Part shown: in pieces, positions 9,604 through 19,570 of the stretch
Layout of the letters: every line of letters begins with the position of its first letter
How positions within the stretch are numbered: position 1 is the stretch's first letter
Source: Candidatus Micrarchaeota archaeon
GTDB lineage: Archaea; Micrarchaeota; Micrarchaeia; Micrarchaeales; CABMGC01
NCBI GenBank assembly: GCA_021804095.1
Contig: JAJZKQ010000003.1
Coordinates: 1 to 53,322, forward strand
Direction of reading: 5' to 3'
DNA: 53,322 bases
Notes under the pieces: generated by a model
What the model saw: the letters and a program-made list of their open reading frames with translations, nothing else
Databases searched by the model: none
What the model was told of the DNA's origin: nothing
Program-made: the position numbers and the translations under genes

Positions 9604-10527
9604 TTATTTTTTTGCCTTGCTTATTATCTCTCTAACTATATGCTTTGCAGGGTTTATTCCGGTAGCTTTCTTGAATCCCTGCCATGAAAGCGTAGGGTTC
9701 GTTTCAAGGACTAGATATCCCTCAGAAGTCTCCGCAATGTCTATCCCTGCATAATCCAATCCAAGCACTTCACACGAGCGTATTGCAAGCTCCTCAAGCT
9801 CGCTGTCCGCCTTAACCTTTACCGGTACGGCACCCTGTGCGACATTGCTCTTCCATGTCTTTCCCTTCCTGAATTCGGTGCCTAAGAGCTCCCCCCCCAC
9901 AACAACTGCACGATAGTCTCCCCCTCCCCTCTTCTCAAAATATTTTTGCACATAAAGGGGCTTGTTCATATTGGTCATTGTACTAAACGAGTGGATTGCA
10001 ACATCTGGATCATTAACTCTGAAAACTCCAAAACCCATCGCGCTACGCAACGGTTTTATAACCGCTTCCCCGAACTTTCTGACTGCCGAGTATGCAACAA
10101 ACATATGCTCGCTAACAATAGTTTCAGGAACGGGAAGGCCTTTATTCGATAATTTCAAAAGGGCTCCAAATTTGTCCGTAGCGAAAAGCCAGTTCATTAC
10201 CGGATTCATTACATAAATCCCCTTTTCTTCAAAAGACTTAATGCAGAACAGCCTGAATGTAAATTGCTCATAATCTCTTATTGTGCCAAGGTGCCTTAGC
10301 AATACGGCATCCGCATTAATCTCCTCCCTTCCATTAGACATGCCTGATGCCCTCTCACTCGATTGTGTAATACTTATGTTGCCTTTATTAAGGGCAATAT
10401 CTAGCGAATCGGCATATATCATAAATGGAGTATTTCCAGAAAGCGATATGGCCTTCTTAAGATCAGCCACATCCTTGGAATTCCATTCCTCAAAGACATT
10501 GCTTACACTTGTTATGCCAATCCTCAC
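9604..10527 (-). CDS. RimK/LysX-family ATP-grasp ligase
   Basis: DKF...GLPVPET, VIKP, YVQKY, DYRAVVVGG, WKSNVAQG, YAGIDI, LETN; GTG start at 10527 with AGGTGG RBS. Confidence 0.9.
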   Translation of the reverse strand: MRIGITSVSNVFEEWNSKDVADLKKAISLSGNTPFMIYADSLDIALNKGNISITQSSERASGMSNGREEINADAVLLRHLGTIRDYEQFTFRLFCIKSFEEKGIYVMNPVMNWLFATDKFGALLKLSNKGLPVPETIVSEHMFVAYSAVRKFGEAVIKPLRSAMGFGVFRVNDPDVAIHSFSTMTNMNKPLYVQKYFEKRGGGDYRAVVVGGELLGTEFRKGKTWKSNVAQGAVPVKVKADSELEELAIRSCEVLGLDYAGIDIAETSEGYLVLETNPTLSWQGFKKATGINPAKHIVREIISKAKK

Positions 10528-10581
10528 AAAGCCACCTATATGATATAAACACATAAGTTAAAAGAATCTCATGGTGCTTCT

Positions 10582-11916
10582 ATGAAAATTGGAGAACATA
10601 TCAAAGCCCGAGATCCTAAGATATATGAAGAGCTGGTAAAAGAATCCGAAAGGCAGCAGAACAGCCTTGAAATGATACCCTCAGAAAATTTTGCAAGCGA
10701 AGCAGTCATGGAAGCTTCTGGCAGCATACTTACAAACAAATACTCAGAAGGCTATCCTCATCACAGATACTATGGCGGCAACCAATTTATAGACAACATA
10801 GAATCGATAGCGATAGAACGTGCCAAAAAGCTCTTTGGCGTCCCACATGCAAATGTACAACCCTATTCAGGTTCTCCTGCAAACTTGGAAGTATATCTTT
10901 CGTTATGCAGTCCCGGCGATGTTATAATGGGGCAAAATTTAACAGACGGAGGCCACCTCACACACGGATTCAAAACAAGCGTCACGGGGAAGATCTTCAA
11001 AAGCATACCATACCATGTAAAACCCGACGGATTTATAGATATCGAAGAAGCCAGGCGTCTTGCAATGGAGCACAAGCCAAAATTAATCTGGGTAGGTTCA
11101 ACATCGTACATGCGCGAGTTTCCATTCGAAGAGTTCTCCAAGATAGCTGAAGAGTGTGGAGCATATCTTGCTGCTGATATTTCACATATATCTGGTTTGG
11201 TAGTCTCAGGAGTTCACAAAAGCCCAAGCAATTATGCAGACATTATAACTACAACGACACATAAGACTCTTAGAGGGCCCAGAGGCGCCATTATAATGGT
11301 AACTGAAAAAGGCCTAAAGAAAGACCCGCTGCTAGCAGAAAAGATAGACAAGACTGTATTTCCAGGGATGCAGGGGGGACCTCACGACCACACCACAGCA
11401 GCAATAGCCATAGCCTTGCTTGAGGCTTCCTCTCCGGAATTCGCAGAATACTCAAGACAGATAGTTAGGAATGCGAAGGCCCTCGCATCTGCACTCACAT
11501 CGAAAGGCATAAAGCTCGTAACAGGAGGCACGGACAACCACCTCCTTCTTATAGATTTGAAATCCTTCGGGAAGGGATCGGGGGTATTTGCCCAGGAAGC
11601 CCTAGAATCAGCAGGAATAACCACAAACAAAAATACGATTCCTGAAGAACCTTCATCACCATTCTTTCCTACCGGGATAAGAATGGGAACTCCGGCAATA
11701 ACAACAAGAGGCATGAAAGAAAAACAGATGGATGAAATAGCATCTATAATAGCAGGAGCATTAGAAGAAATACGAGGCTACTCCCTTCCTGAAAACAGAG
11801 AAGAACGCCACGCATATCTCGAAAAGGCATTCGGCGAACTAAGAGAGAACAAAAATCTAGAAGACCTACGCAAAAGATCCGAAGCCCTCTGCAGAGAATT
11901 CCCTCTATATCCATAA
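10582..11916 (+). CDS. glyA: Serine hydroxymethyltransferase (bacterial-type)
   Basis: PSENF, YSEGYP..RYYGG, NVQPYSGSPAN, GGHLTHG, TTTHKTLRGPRG (PLP lysine), GGTDNH. Confidence 0.97.
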   Translation: MKIGEHIKARDPKIYEELVKESERQQNSLEMIPSENFASEAVMEASGSILTNKYSEGYPHHRYYGGNQFIDNIESIAIERAKKLFGVPHANVQPYSGSPANLEVYLSLCSPGDVIMGQNLTDGGHLTHGFKTSVTGKIFKSIPYHVKPDGFIDIEEARRLAMEHKPKLIWVGSTSYMREFPFEEFSKIAEECGAYLAADISHISGLVVSGVHKSPSNYADIITTTTHKTLRGPRGAIIMVTEKGLKKDPLLAEKIDKTVFPGMQGGPHDHTTAAIAIALLEASSPEFAEYSRQIVRNAKALASALTSKGIKLVTGGTDNHLLLIDLKSFGKGSGVFAQEALESAGITTNKNTIPEEPSSPFFPTGIRMGTPAITTRGMKEKQMDEIASIIAGALEEIRGYSLPENREERHAYLEKAFGELRENKNLEDLRKRSEALCREFPLYP

Positions 11917-12029
11917 ATCACTCCAAATCCTAACATCTAATAAGATTCTCAGCACAAGTAGTAAGGGTATTACTGCAGCATTGCAAAATATCCATGCAAT
12001 AGACAAAAATTCCGAACAGATGGTATCAG

Positions 12030-13151
12030 ATGGAAGAAGACTTCAACGTGACCGCATACAAAGTCGAAGGAAATGTAGACTATACTGCATTAGAAAAGCG
12101 TTTTGGAATAATGCCTATAACTGAAGACATGCAATCGAGGATAACTAGGCTTGCCGGAGAATCCCACTATCTAATCCGCAGGAAGATATATTTCGCACAG
12201 CGCGAGCTATCATGGCTTCTCGACCAATACGAGAAAGGAAACAAGTTTTATGTATATACTGGAATAGCTCCCTCAGGCAGAATGACAGTTGCACATCTCA
12301 TCCCGTTTATAATGGCACAATGGCTTCAGGAAAAATTCAATGCCGACGTGTACATACAGATCCCTGACGAGGAAAAGTTTCTAACAAAAAACGACCCGAA
12401 TCTGACCATTGAGAATATAAACAAGCTTGCACACGAAGATGCAATGGATATAGTGGCCTTAGGCTTCAAACCAGGCAAGACAAAGATATACATAGATACT
12501 GAGAATGCAACACAAATATACAAGCATGCAGTAAGAGTCTCCAAAAAGATAACTTACTCCACAATAAAAGACGCCTTCGGCTTTTCAAACGAGACCAACA
12601 TAGGCGCAATATTCTATACAAGCCTTCAGGCTGTCGGCACATTTATAAAATCGGCAGAAGAAAACAGAAAGATACCATGCCTAGTGCCTCTAGGCGTAGA
12701 TCAAGATGTACATTTCAGGGTGGCAAGGGATGTTGTTGAAAAGCTAGGATACTACAAACCGGCTATAATACATAGCAGATTTCTCCCAGGCCTGAAAGGA
12801 GATCCAAAGATGTCTTCAAGCAAACCTGAAGATGCTATATATCTATCCGATTCTCCGGAAACTGTAGTAAAAAAGGTAAATAAGGCCATAACAGGCCAGC
12901 AGTCTACTGCAGAGCTGCAAAAAAAACACGGAGGAAACCCTGAAAAATGCTCAGTCTGCCAATATTACAAATTCCTTTTTGAACCAGACGACAAAAAACT
13001 GGATGCAATATTCAAAGCTGAAAGATCAGGAAGCATTCTTGCTGGGGAACACAAGGCAGACCTATCCATGAAAATCAACAAGTTCCTTGAAAATCACAGG
13101 AAAAACAGGGAAAAAATAGAGAACAAGATGGAAGACTTCATGTTAAAATAA
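12030..13151 (+). CDS. trpS: Tryptophan--tRNA ligase (archaeal/eukaryotic type)
   Basis: DEEKFL, GVDQDVHFR, KMSSS; HIGH motif present as TVAH. Confidence 0.93.
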   Translation: MEEDFNVTAYKVEGNVDYTALEKRFGIMPITEDMQSRITRLAGESHYLIRRKIYFAQRELSWLLDQYEKGNKFYVYTGIAPSGRMTVAHLIPFIMAQWLQEKFNADVYIQIPDEEKFLTKNDPNLTIENINKLAHEDAMDIVALGFKPGKTKIYIDTENATQIYKHAVRVSKKITYSTIKDAFGFSNETNIGAIFYTSLQAVGTFIKSAEENRKIPCLVPLGVDQDVHFRVARDVVEKLGYYKPAIIHSRFLPGLKGDPKMSSSKPEDAIYLSDSPETVVKKVNKAITGQQSTAELQKKHGGNPEKCSVCQYYKFLFEPDDKKLDAIFKAERSGSILAGEHKADLSMKINKFLENHRKNREKIENKMEDFMLK

Positions 13152-13152
13152 G

Positions 13153-13899
13153 TTATCCTTCGAATATCTTTCTCTGGCTTTCCTCCATTACCAAAATTCC
13201 AGAAGGCGTTATCTCAAAACGGCATTCATCGTTAATAAATTTAGAATACCTAAGTTTTACCACATTTAAAAAATACTCAAGCCTTCCTTTATTATTCTTT
13301 CTTGAAACTTTGATTACGCCATCAAACATCGACTCCTCCAGAAGGCCAGGCACCTTATTTGGATTCTGTTTTGAATTTTCAAATGTTATCAGGCTTGTTA
13401 CATTCTGGTTTCTTATGCTCTCTATTATGTAATTGACGCCACGTGTGAATGACCTGTCGTCAGTATATAAAGACCTAAGAAGGCTAAACGAATCTATAAC
13501 CAGAAATCTTGAACCGTTTTCCTCAACAGTCCTTATTATCTCGGCTACTATTGCCTGTATATTTTCAGGGCTTCTTATAACGTATTGCAGCTTTTTTTCT
13601 TCAACACGAAGCATTCCGCTGTCTATCTGTTTCTGTACGTCTGAAAGCGAGGTAAAAGTCTCTTCTGCAAATTCTATAAGTGATTTTTTCTTCTCCTCTA
13701 TTGTCAGATATGTGGAATGTATTCCCGCCTTTGCTGCTTCATAAGCAACCTGGAACGAAAGCAGGGTCTTTCCTGAGCCTGCCTCTCCCAGAAGGAGCAT
13801 CTGGCTGTTCTCAGGGATGCCTCCACAAAGTAGCCTATCGAGTCCATCAATTCCCGTTTTCAATCTCGCAAGAGTGAAGTTTTTCTGAATAGCATCCAT
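13153..13899 (-). CDS. Single-domain KaiC/RAD55-like RecA-superfamily ATPase
   Basis: KTGIDGLDRLLCGGIP, Walker A GEAGSGKT, LVIDS Walker B, VVKLR; start at MDAIQK. Confidence 0.9.
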   Translation of the reverse strand: MDAIQKNFTLARLKTGIDGLDRLLCGGIPENSQMLLLGEAGSGKTLLSFQVAYEAAKAGIHSTYLTIEEKKKSLIEFAEETFTSLSDVQKQIDSGMLRVEEKKLQYVIRSPENIQAIVAEIIRTVEENGSRFLVIDSFSLLRSLYTDDRSFTRGVNYIIESIRNQNVTSLITFENSKQNPNKVPGLLEESMFDGVIKVSRKNNKGRLEYFLNVVKLRYSKFINDECRFEITPSGILVMEESQRKIFEG

Positions 13900-14047
13900 T
13901 GCCCCGCCATTTAAGCTTAGTGCGAATCCCAAACGCACTGCCCTTTCCCATATAGCGCAACGCAAGCAATCCTTATATACCTTACTCAGAAGCGACTCTC
14001 TTCGGCTTCAACATCCTGAATTAGACCCCTACCAATATATATAAAAA

Positions 14048-14066
14048 TTTCAAATAAAAGTTGAAA
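14048..14066. promoter_or_regulatory. Candidate operator palindrome TTTCAA-N7-TTGAAA upstream of the HTH-grpE-dnaK-dnaJ operon
   Basis: Perfect 6-bp inverted arms between two TATA-like tracts, about 45 nt before the ATG at 14110. Confidence 0.35.
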
Positions 14067-14109
14067 GAAAACAAAGATATATATATTTATTTTAATATAA
14101 CCTTAATAC

Positions 14110-14538
14110 ATGACAAACACAGAGAAGCTTGTCATAAAGACAATAAACAAGCCCTCAGGAGGAGACGAAGAAGGTCTCCTGGAGTGGTTCTGCGAGGTAT
14201 TTGACCTAAACGGAAGTGGAGACCTGGAGCCTTATCTGCTAAAGGAAATAGCAGGAGGAAGCATGAAAGGCGACGGAGTAACAAGCATAGAACTGACAGA
14301 AAAGCTCAATATCCCAAGAAGCACTGTTATATACCACCTGAACAGGTTCATCTACTCAGGAATCGTAATAAGGAAGGGAAGGAAATATTATTTGCGTTCA
14401 AACGATATGGAAAGCACAATGGAGGAACTGCAGTCAGAGATACTGCACGAATTCAGCAGGCTTATCGAATTCGCCCAGCAGCTTGACCAACTAATGGAGG
14501 ATGATATCCATGACAGAAGACAAAAAGGAGGACAATAG
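14110..14538 (+). CDS. Winged helix-turn-helix transcriptional regulator
   Basis: VTSIELTEKLNIPRSTVIYHLNRFIYSGIV HTH; first gene of chaperone operon. Confidence 0.85.
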   Translation: MTNTEKLVIKTINKPSGGDEEGLLEWFCEVFDLNGSGDLEPYLLKEIAGGSMKGDGVTSIELTEKLNIPRSTVIYHLNRFIYSGIVIRKGRKYYLRSNDMESTMEELQSEILHEFSRLIEFAQQLDQLMEDDIHDRRQKGGQ

Positions 14539-15058
14539 TAAAAAAGAGAAAGAGCCCGAAAACAAGAAAACCGAACCGGAAGAGAGCGTAGAGGTTCTCA
14601 GAGAGAATCTTCTAAGGTTAGCTGCCGAATTCGATAATTATAAGAAAAGAACGCAGAAAGAAATCGAAGTTTCAGAGCAGAGGGGGAAGATGAACCTTGC
14701 CAGGAAGCTCCTTTCCATATTGGACGAGTTTGAGCTCGCAGTAAATAACATGGATATGAGTACAGAAGAAGGGAAAGGGATAGCAATAGTCTTATCAAAC
14801 TTCATAGACATACTAAAGAAGGAAGGCCTATCAGAGATGGAAAGCACAGGAATCTTCGATCCTTACAAGCACGAGGTCCTGATGACAAAAGAGAGCAATG
14901 AAAAGGAAGGAACCATACTCGCAACATTGCGCAAAGGATACCTCTGGAAAGAAATGATGTTGAGGCCTGCATCGGTGGTTGTTGCAAAGCAACCAGTACA
15001 GAACCATAAGACGGAAAAAGAGAGCAAAGAACACGGAAATACGATCGATAAAAAATAG
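14510..15058 (+). CDS. grpE: Nucleotide exchange factor GrpE
   Basis: RLAAEFDNYKKR, FDPYKHE, KGY...LRPASVVV. Confidence 0.95.
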   Translation: MTEDKKEDNSKKEKEPENKKTEPEESVEVLRENLLRLAAEFDNYKKRTQKEIEVSEQRGKMNLARKLLSILDEFELAVNNMDMSTEEGKGIAIVLSNFIDILKKEGLSEMESTGIFDPYKHEVLMTKESNEKEGTILATLRKGYLWKEMMLRPASVVVAKQPVQNHKTEKESKEHGNTIDKK

Positions 15059-15068
15059 GTAGATATAT

Positions 15069-16904
15069 ATGAAAATAATAGGAATAGATCTGGGTACTTC
15101 AAACTCAGCAGCGGCAGTACTAGAAGGAGGAAGGCCAGTGCTCATACCAAGCGCAGAAGGAATGTCTCTTTATGGAAAGTCCTTCCCAAGTTATATAGCA
15201 TTTACTAAGGAAGGGCAGCGCCTTATAGGGGAACCTGCAAAGAGGCAGGCGGTAGCTAACTATGAGGGCACAATAACCGGCTTCAAGAGAAAGATGGGAA
15301 CAGACTTCAAATACAAGATATTCGGCAAGGAATACACTCCACAGGAACTCTCGGCTATGATTCTCCAAAAGATAAAATCAGATGCTGAAGCATTCCTAGG
15401 AGAGGAAGTGAAGAAAGCCGTTATAACAGTACCTGCATACTTTAATGACAATCAGCGCCAAGCTACAAAAGACGCAGGGGAGATAGCCGGACTTGAAGTT
15501 GTACGGCTGGTGAATGAGCCGACAGCCGCAGCATTGGCATATGGTCTAGACAAGCAGAGCTCAGAAATGAAGATACTCGTATATGATTTGGGAGGAGGAA
15601 CCCTTGACGTAACCATAATGGAGTTCGGCAACGGTGTCTTCGAGGTAAAATCAACAAGCGGAGATACACTGCTGGGCGGAACAGACATGGATAATGCCAT
15701 TACCGAATTTCTCAAATCGGAGATTGCCAATAAAGGCCTCGACATATCGAAAGACGCACAGGCCCTGCAGAGGCTCAAGGAAGCCGCAGAAAAGGCTAAG
15801 ATAGAACTGTCAACAACCCTATCATCAGAGATAAATTTGCCTTTCCTGGGCATGACAAAAGACGGAAAGCCCTTCAATTTTTCGTATGTCCTCTCCAGGG
15901 CAAAATTAGAAGACATAGTTGTACAGATAGTAGAAAAGACTACAAAACCAGTGATGCAGGCACTTAAAGACGCCAAGCTAGAGCCTAAAGACATAAGCAA
16001 AGTGATACTCATAGGCGGGCCTACAAGAATGCCTATAGTACAGAGATATGTGGAACAGCTTCTCGGAAAGAAGATAGAGCGCGGGGTCGATCCCATGGAA
16101 GCTGTAGCATTCGGAGCTTCAATACAGGCGGGAGTGCTGACCGGAGAGGTGAAGGACATACTCCTCTTAGATGTTACGCCACTTACGCTGGGACTTGAGA
16201 CTCTTGGAGGAGTCTCAACACCGCTCATAGAGCGCAATACCACAATACCTGTTAAGAAATCCCAAACATTTTCAACCGCGTCAGACAACCAGCCTGCTGT
16301 AGACATACATATTCTGCAGGGAGAAAATAAAATGGCAAAATACAATATCTCTCTAGGGAGATTCCAGCTTACCGGAATCCCTCCTGCGCCTCGTGGCACT
16401 CCTCAAATAGAGGTAACCTTCGATATAGATTCCAATGGTATTATTCATGTATCCGCAAAGGACAAGGCCACTGGAAAGGAGCAGAAGACACAGATAATAG
16501 CTCCACAGAAGATGAGCAAGGAAGATCTCGAAAAGAAGATGAAAGAAGCGGAGGCATATGCGGCTCAGGACAAAGAAGAATTTGAAAAGGCAGAAACTAA
16601 AAATATGGCAGACTCTCTCATATACAGTACAGAGAGGTCCTTGAAAGAGTTTAAGGAAAAAATCCCAGCTGAAATATATGAAAAAGTAGAGTCTGCAAAG
16701 AAAGACCTTGAAGAGTCATTAAAAAAGGACAATGCCCCCGAAATAAAAGAGAAGTATGAAAAGCTTAATGATGTACTCAAGGAGATAGGAGCAAGCATGT
16801 ACGGTTCAGAAAACGGCTCCCAAGACATGGGAGGCGGGCCTGATCCTAATCAGGCTGCAGGTTCAGGGCCTGAAGGCAGTGAAGCCGGACCTTCGCAGCC
16901 TTAA
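15069..16904 (+). CDS. dnaK: Chaperone DnaK (Hsp70)
   Basis: [45 protein letters not shown]. Confidence 0.99.
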   Translation: MKIIGIDLGTSNSAAAVLEGGRPVLIPSAEGMSLYGKSFPSYIAFTKEGQRLIGEPAKRQAVANYEGTITGFKRKMGTDFKYKIFGKEYTPQELSAMILQKIKSDAEAFLGEEVKKAVITVPAYFNDNQRQATKDAGEIAGLEVVRLVNEPTAAALAYGLDKQSSEMKILVYDLGGGTLDVTIMEFGNGVFEVKSTSGDTLLGGTDMDNAITEFLKSEIANKGLDISKDAQALQRLKEAAEKAKIELSTTLSSEINLPFLGMTKDGKPFNFSYVLSRAKLEDIVVQIVEKTTKPVMQALKDAKLEPKDISKVILIGGPTRMPIVQRYVEQLLGKKIERGVDPMEAVAFGASIQAGVLTGEVKDILLLDVTPLTLGLETLGGVSTPLIERNTTIPVKKSQTFSTASDNQPAVDIHILQGENKMAKYNISLGRFQLTGIPPAPRGTPQIEVTFDIDSNGIIHVSAKDKATGKEQKTQIIAPQKMSKEDLEKKMKEAEAYAAQDKEEFEKAETKNMADSLIYSTERSLKEFKEKIPAEIYEKVESAKKDLEESLKKDNAPEIKEKYEKLNDVLKEIGASMYGSENGSQDMGGGPDPNQAAGSGPEGSEAGPSQP

Positions 16905-16912
16905 AAAAGGTT

Positions 16913-17620
16913 TTGATTTCAGTGCGAGACTACTACGACATTCTAGGAATTAAGAAGACTGCATCCCAGGAAGAGATAAAACGAGCTTATCGTGAGCTCG
17001 CACTGAAATTCCATCCTGACAGGAACAAAACAAAAGAAGCCGAAGAGAAGTTCAAGGAGATAAATACTGCATATGCTGTCCTAAGCGACCCTGAAAAAAG
17101 AAAAACCTATGACGCATATGGGGCAGAAGGCTTTAATGATAGGTTTTCTGAGGAAGACATCTTCAGAGGCTTCAATCCTGAAGATATTTTTAAGGATATT
17201 TTCGGAGGCAGAAGCTTCAATTTCGGCGATATGTTTGGGCAACAGGGCGAGCAGGAGCAAACTGGGATTAACATGTACTTCTCTTTCGATGAAATGGACC
17301 GCGGCATAAACCGGGAGATCTCAGTGCAGCATTATAAAACCTGCCAGAATTGCAGAGGCAGCGGCGGAGAACCAGACTCCAAACAGATAAAGTGCACCGC
17401 GTGCAATGGATCCGGAAGAAGGAATATCCAGCAGAACACCCCCTTCGGAGTAATTCGTATGGTCTCTATCTGCGACAGATGTGGAGGCAGGGGAAAAATA
17501 TTCGAAAAGGCATGCCATGTCTGCAGAGGCTCAGGGCGAGTAGTAGCATCTGACAGATACAAGATAAGTATAGAACGCGAGGTAAAGCCCCAGGATGTGC
17601 CTAAGAGAAAGTTTTGGTAA
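16913..17620 (+). CDS. dnaJ: DnaJ co-chaperone, C-terminally truncated (J domain, G/F region, zinc finger)
   Basis: DYYDILG, HPD motif, four CxxCxGxG repeats; only 235 aa. Confidence 0.9.
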   Translation: MISVRDYYDILGIKKTASQEEIKRAYRELALKFHPDRNKTKEAEEKFKEINTAYAVLSDPEKRKTYDAYGAEGFNDRFSEEDIFRGFNPEDIFKDIFGGRSFNFGDMFGQQGEQEQTGINMYFSFDEMDRGINREISVQHYKTCQNCRGSGGEPDSKQIKCTACNGSGRRNIQQNTPFGVIRMVSICDRCGGRGKIFEKACHVCRGSGRVVASDRYKISIEREVKPQDVPKRKFW

Positions 17621-17823
17621 TTAAGCCTCTTCTATTGTATAGCGCAACAGAGAATTAATCACCAAAGCTATGAAAAACGCAGTTTTCCATGCAAAGCTGA
17701 CATTGCCAATTCAGAATAAACTCCCTAATTTATATAAAAACCTATATAAATATTATTATTCTAATTGTAGAATACGCATACCGGCATGGTTAGCGCTAAC
17801 TATATCCTACTATTGGTGTCTCC

Positions 17824-18048
17824 TTGACTGAAAAACGCGATCATGAATTTGTTCCTGTGCATAAATTGTTATCAGAGAGCGAGGCTTCAGAAATGCTTGA
17901 AAAGATGTCTCTGAGGAGAGAGAATCTTCCAAAAATCTCTATAGAAGATCCACAGATAGTTAAAATAGGGGGCAAATCAAGCCAGGTAGTGAAAATATAC
18001 AGAAAAGACAACGGTCAGGAATACGAATACTTCAGGCTTATTGTATAA
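17824..18048 (+). CDS. rpoH: RNA polymerase subunit H (Rpo5)
   Basis: HEFVPVHKLL, LPKISIEDP, VVKIYR...YFRLIV; TTG start with GGTG RBS. Confidence 0.93.
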   Translation: MTEKRDHEFVPVHKLLSESEASEMLEKMSLRRENLPKISIEDPQIVKIGGKSSQVVKIYRKDNGQEYEYFRLIV

Positions 18049-18063
18049 GCAAACGGTGTATCT

Positions 18064-19554
18064 ATGGCGTCCGATGGCAATGTTTTATTGGAATCATATT
18101 TGAATGCTGCATCACTTGTGCAGCATCAGATCGACAGCTACAACAGGTTTCTCGATACTGGGATACCTAAGGCGATGGGTGGCCAAACACTCATAGAACC
18201 TAGTGTTGAAGGCTTTGCACTGAAACTTGGCAATGTGAGGATAGGAAGCCCTTCAGTGATAGAAGCTGATAGTTCAAGAAGGAACATCCTTCCAAACGAA
18301 GCCAGGCTTAGAAACCTAACCTATTCGGCACCAATCTTCATGGAAGTGGTGCCTGTAATACGCGGAATAGAAAAGACAGCATCATATGGCGAGGTATATG
18401 TGGGAGACCTTCCTATAATGGTAAAGAGCAATCTATGTCCTACAAAGACACTTACTAAAACCCAGCTGATAGAGAACGGGGAAGACCCTGAAGATCCTGG
18501 GGGCTATTTCATAATAAAGGGAGTCGAGAGGGTCCTCATAGGACTTGACGACGTTGCCTCAAACAGAATAATAACTACAAGAGAGAAAAAGGGAAGTGAG
18601 ACTAAGAGCAGAGTCTTTTCGTCTACGCCCGGTTTCCGCGCAAGGTGTGTAGTAACAAGAAATACTACCGGAGTATTCTCAGTTGACTTCCCAACAGTAA
18701 GCAAGAGTATCGAATTGATGCTACTGCTTAGGGCATTAGGCATGCAGCCTGAAGATATAAGGGAATACGCTTCAGAACTGCCTTCCTTCAGGAATGACAT
18801 GATGCTTAATCTAGAGCTGAGCCAAATAAACAAGGATGGAGGAATGCAGCCTTCAGACGCGCTCCTCGAAGTGGGCCGCCAGGCAACTCCAGGCCAGGCA
18901 CGCGAATACCAGATAAGAAGGGCAGAGATGCAGCTTGACAGTTACCTACTTCCACACATAGGTACAGATCCAAAATCAAGGAAGGAGAAGGCCAGGTATC
19001 TTTTGGAGATGTCGAGAAAGGCAACAATGGTAGCAAACAGATTAGTAAAACAGGACGACAAAGACAATTATACAAACAAAAGGACAAGATTCGCAGGAGA
19101 ACTTATGGAGGAGCTTTTCGCATATGCGTTCAGATTCTTCCTGAAAGAGATAAAGTATCAGGTTGAAAGAATGTCAGCAAGAGGAAGAAGGCTTTCAATA
19201 CAATCAATAATAAGTCCTGACACATTAACTGAAAAGATAGCCTATGCGATGGGAACCGGAACATGGGTTGCAGGTCAGACAGGAGTATCACAGGTTCTTG
19301 ACAGGACAAACCTTATAAGCACATATGCACATCTGCGAAGGGTAAAATCACCACTCGCAAAGAAGCATCCACATTTCAAGGCAAGGGATGTGCATGGAAC
19401 CCAGTGGGGTAAGATATGCCCTTCCGAAAGTCCTGAAGGCCAGGAAGTAGGCCTTACAAAGTATCTTGCACTTATGTCAAAGGTAACTGTAGGCGCCGAG
19501 GAGGAAAGTGTAGAAAAGAGCATAAGAACTCTAGGTAAGATAGAGCCTATGTAA
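18064..19554 (+). CDS. rpoB2: RNA polymerase subunit B'' (Rpo2N)
   Basis: HQIDSYNRF, PNEARLRNLTYSAP, DPGGYFII, GVSQVLDR. Confidence 0.96.
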   Translation: MASDGNVLLESYLNAASLVQHQIDSYNRFLDTGIPKAMGGQTLIEPSVEGFALKLGNVRIGSPSVIEADSSRRNILPNEARLRNLTYSAPIFMEVVPVIRGIEKTASYGEVYVGDLPIMVKSNLCPTKTLTKTQLIENGEDPEDPGGYFIIKGVERVLIGLDDVASNRIITTREKKGSETKSRVFSSTPGFRARCVVTRNTTGVFSVDFPTVSKSIELMLLLRALGMQPEDIREYASELPSFRNDMMLNLELSQINKDGGMQPSDALLEVGRQATPGQAREYQIRRAEMQLDSYLLPHIGTDPKSRKEKARYLLEMSRKATMVANRLVKQDDKDNYTNKRTRFAGELMEELFAYAFRFFLKEIKYQVERMSARGRRLSIQSIISPDTLTEKIAYAMGTGTWVAGQTGVSQVLDRTNLISTYAHLRRVKSPLAKKHPHFKARDVHGTQWGKICPSESPEGQEVGLTKYLALMSKVTVGAEEESVEKSIRTLGKIEPM

Positions 19555-19570
19555 AAACAAGGTTGTTAGA

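Noticed and set aside
13153-13899. KaiC-like gene as a circadian clock component
   Set aside because: Single domain with no kaiA/kaiB; such ATPases are common in archaea
15452-16399. Long antisense ORFs (315 aa opposite dnaK; also 29263-30216 opposite guaB and many shorter ones)
   Set aside because: Shadow frames of well-supported genes with no recognisable motifs
17789-17800. Perfect 12-bp palindrome GTTAGCGCTAAC upstream of rpoH
   Set aside because: Single occurrence; one such palindrome can arise by chance in 53 kb
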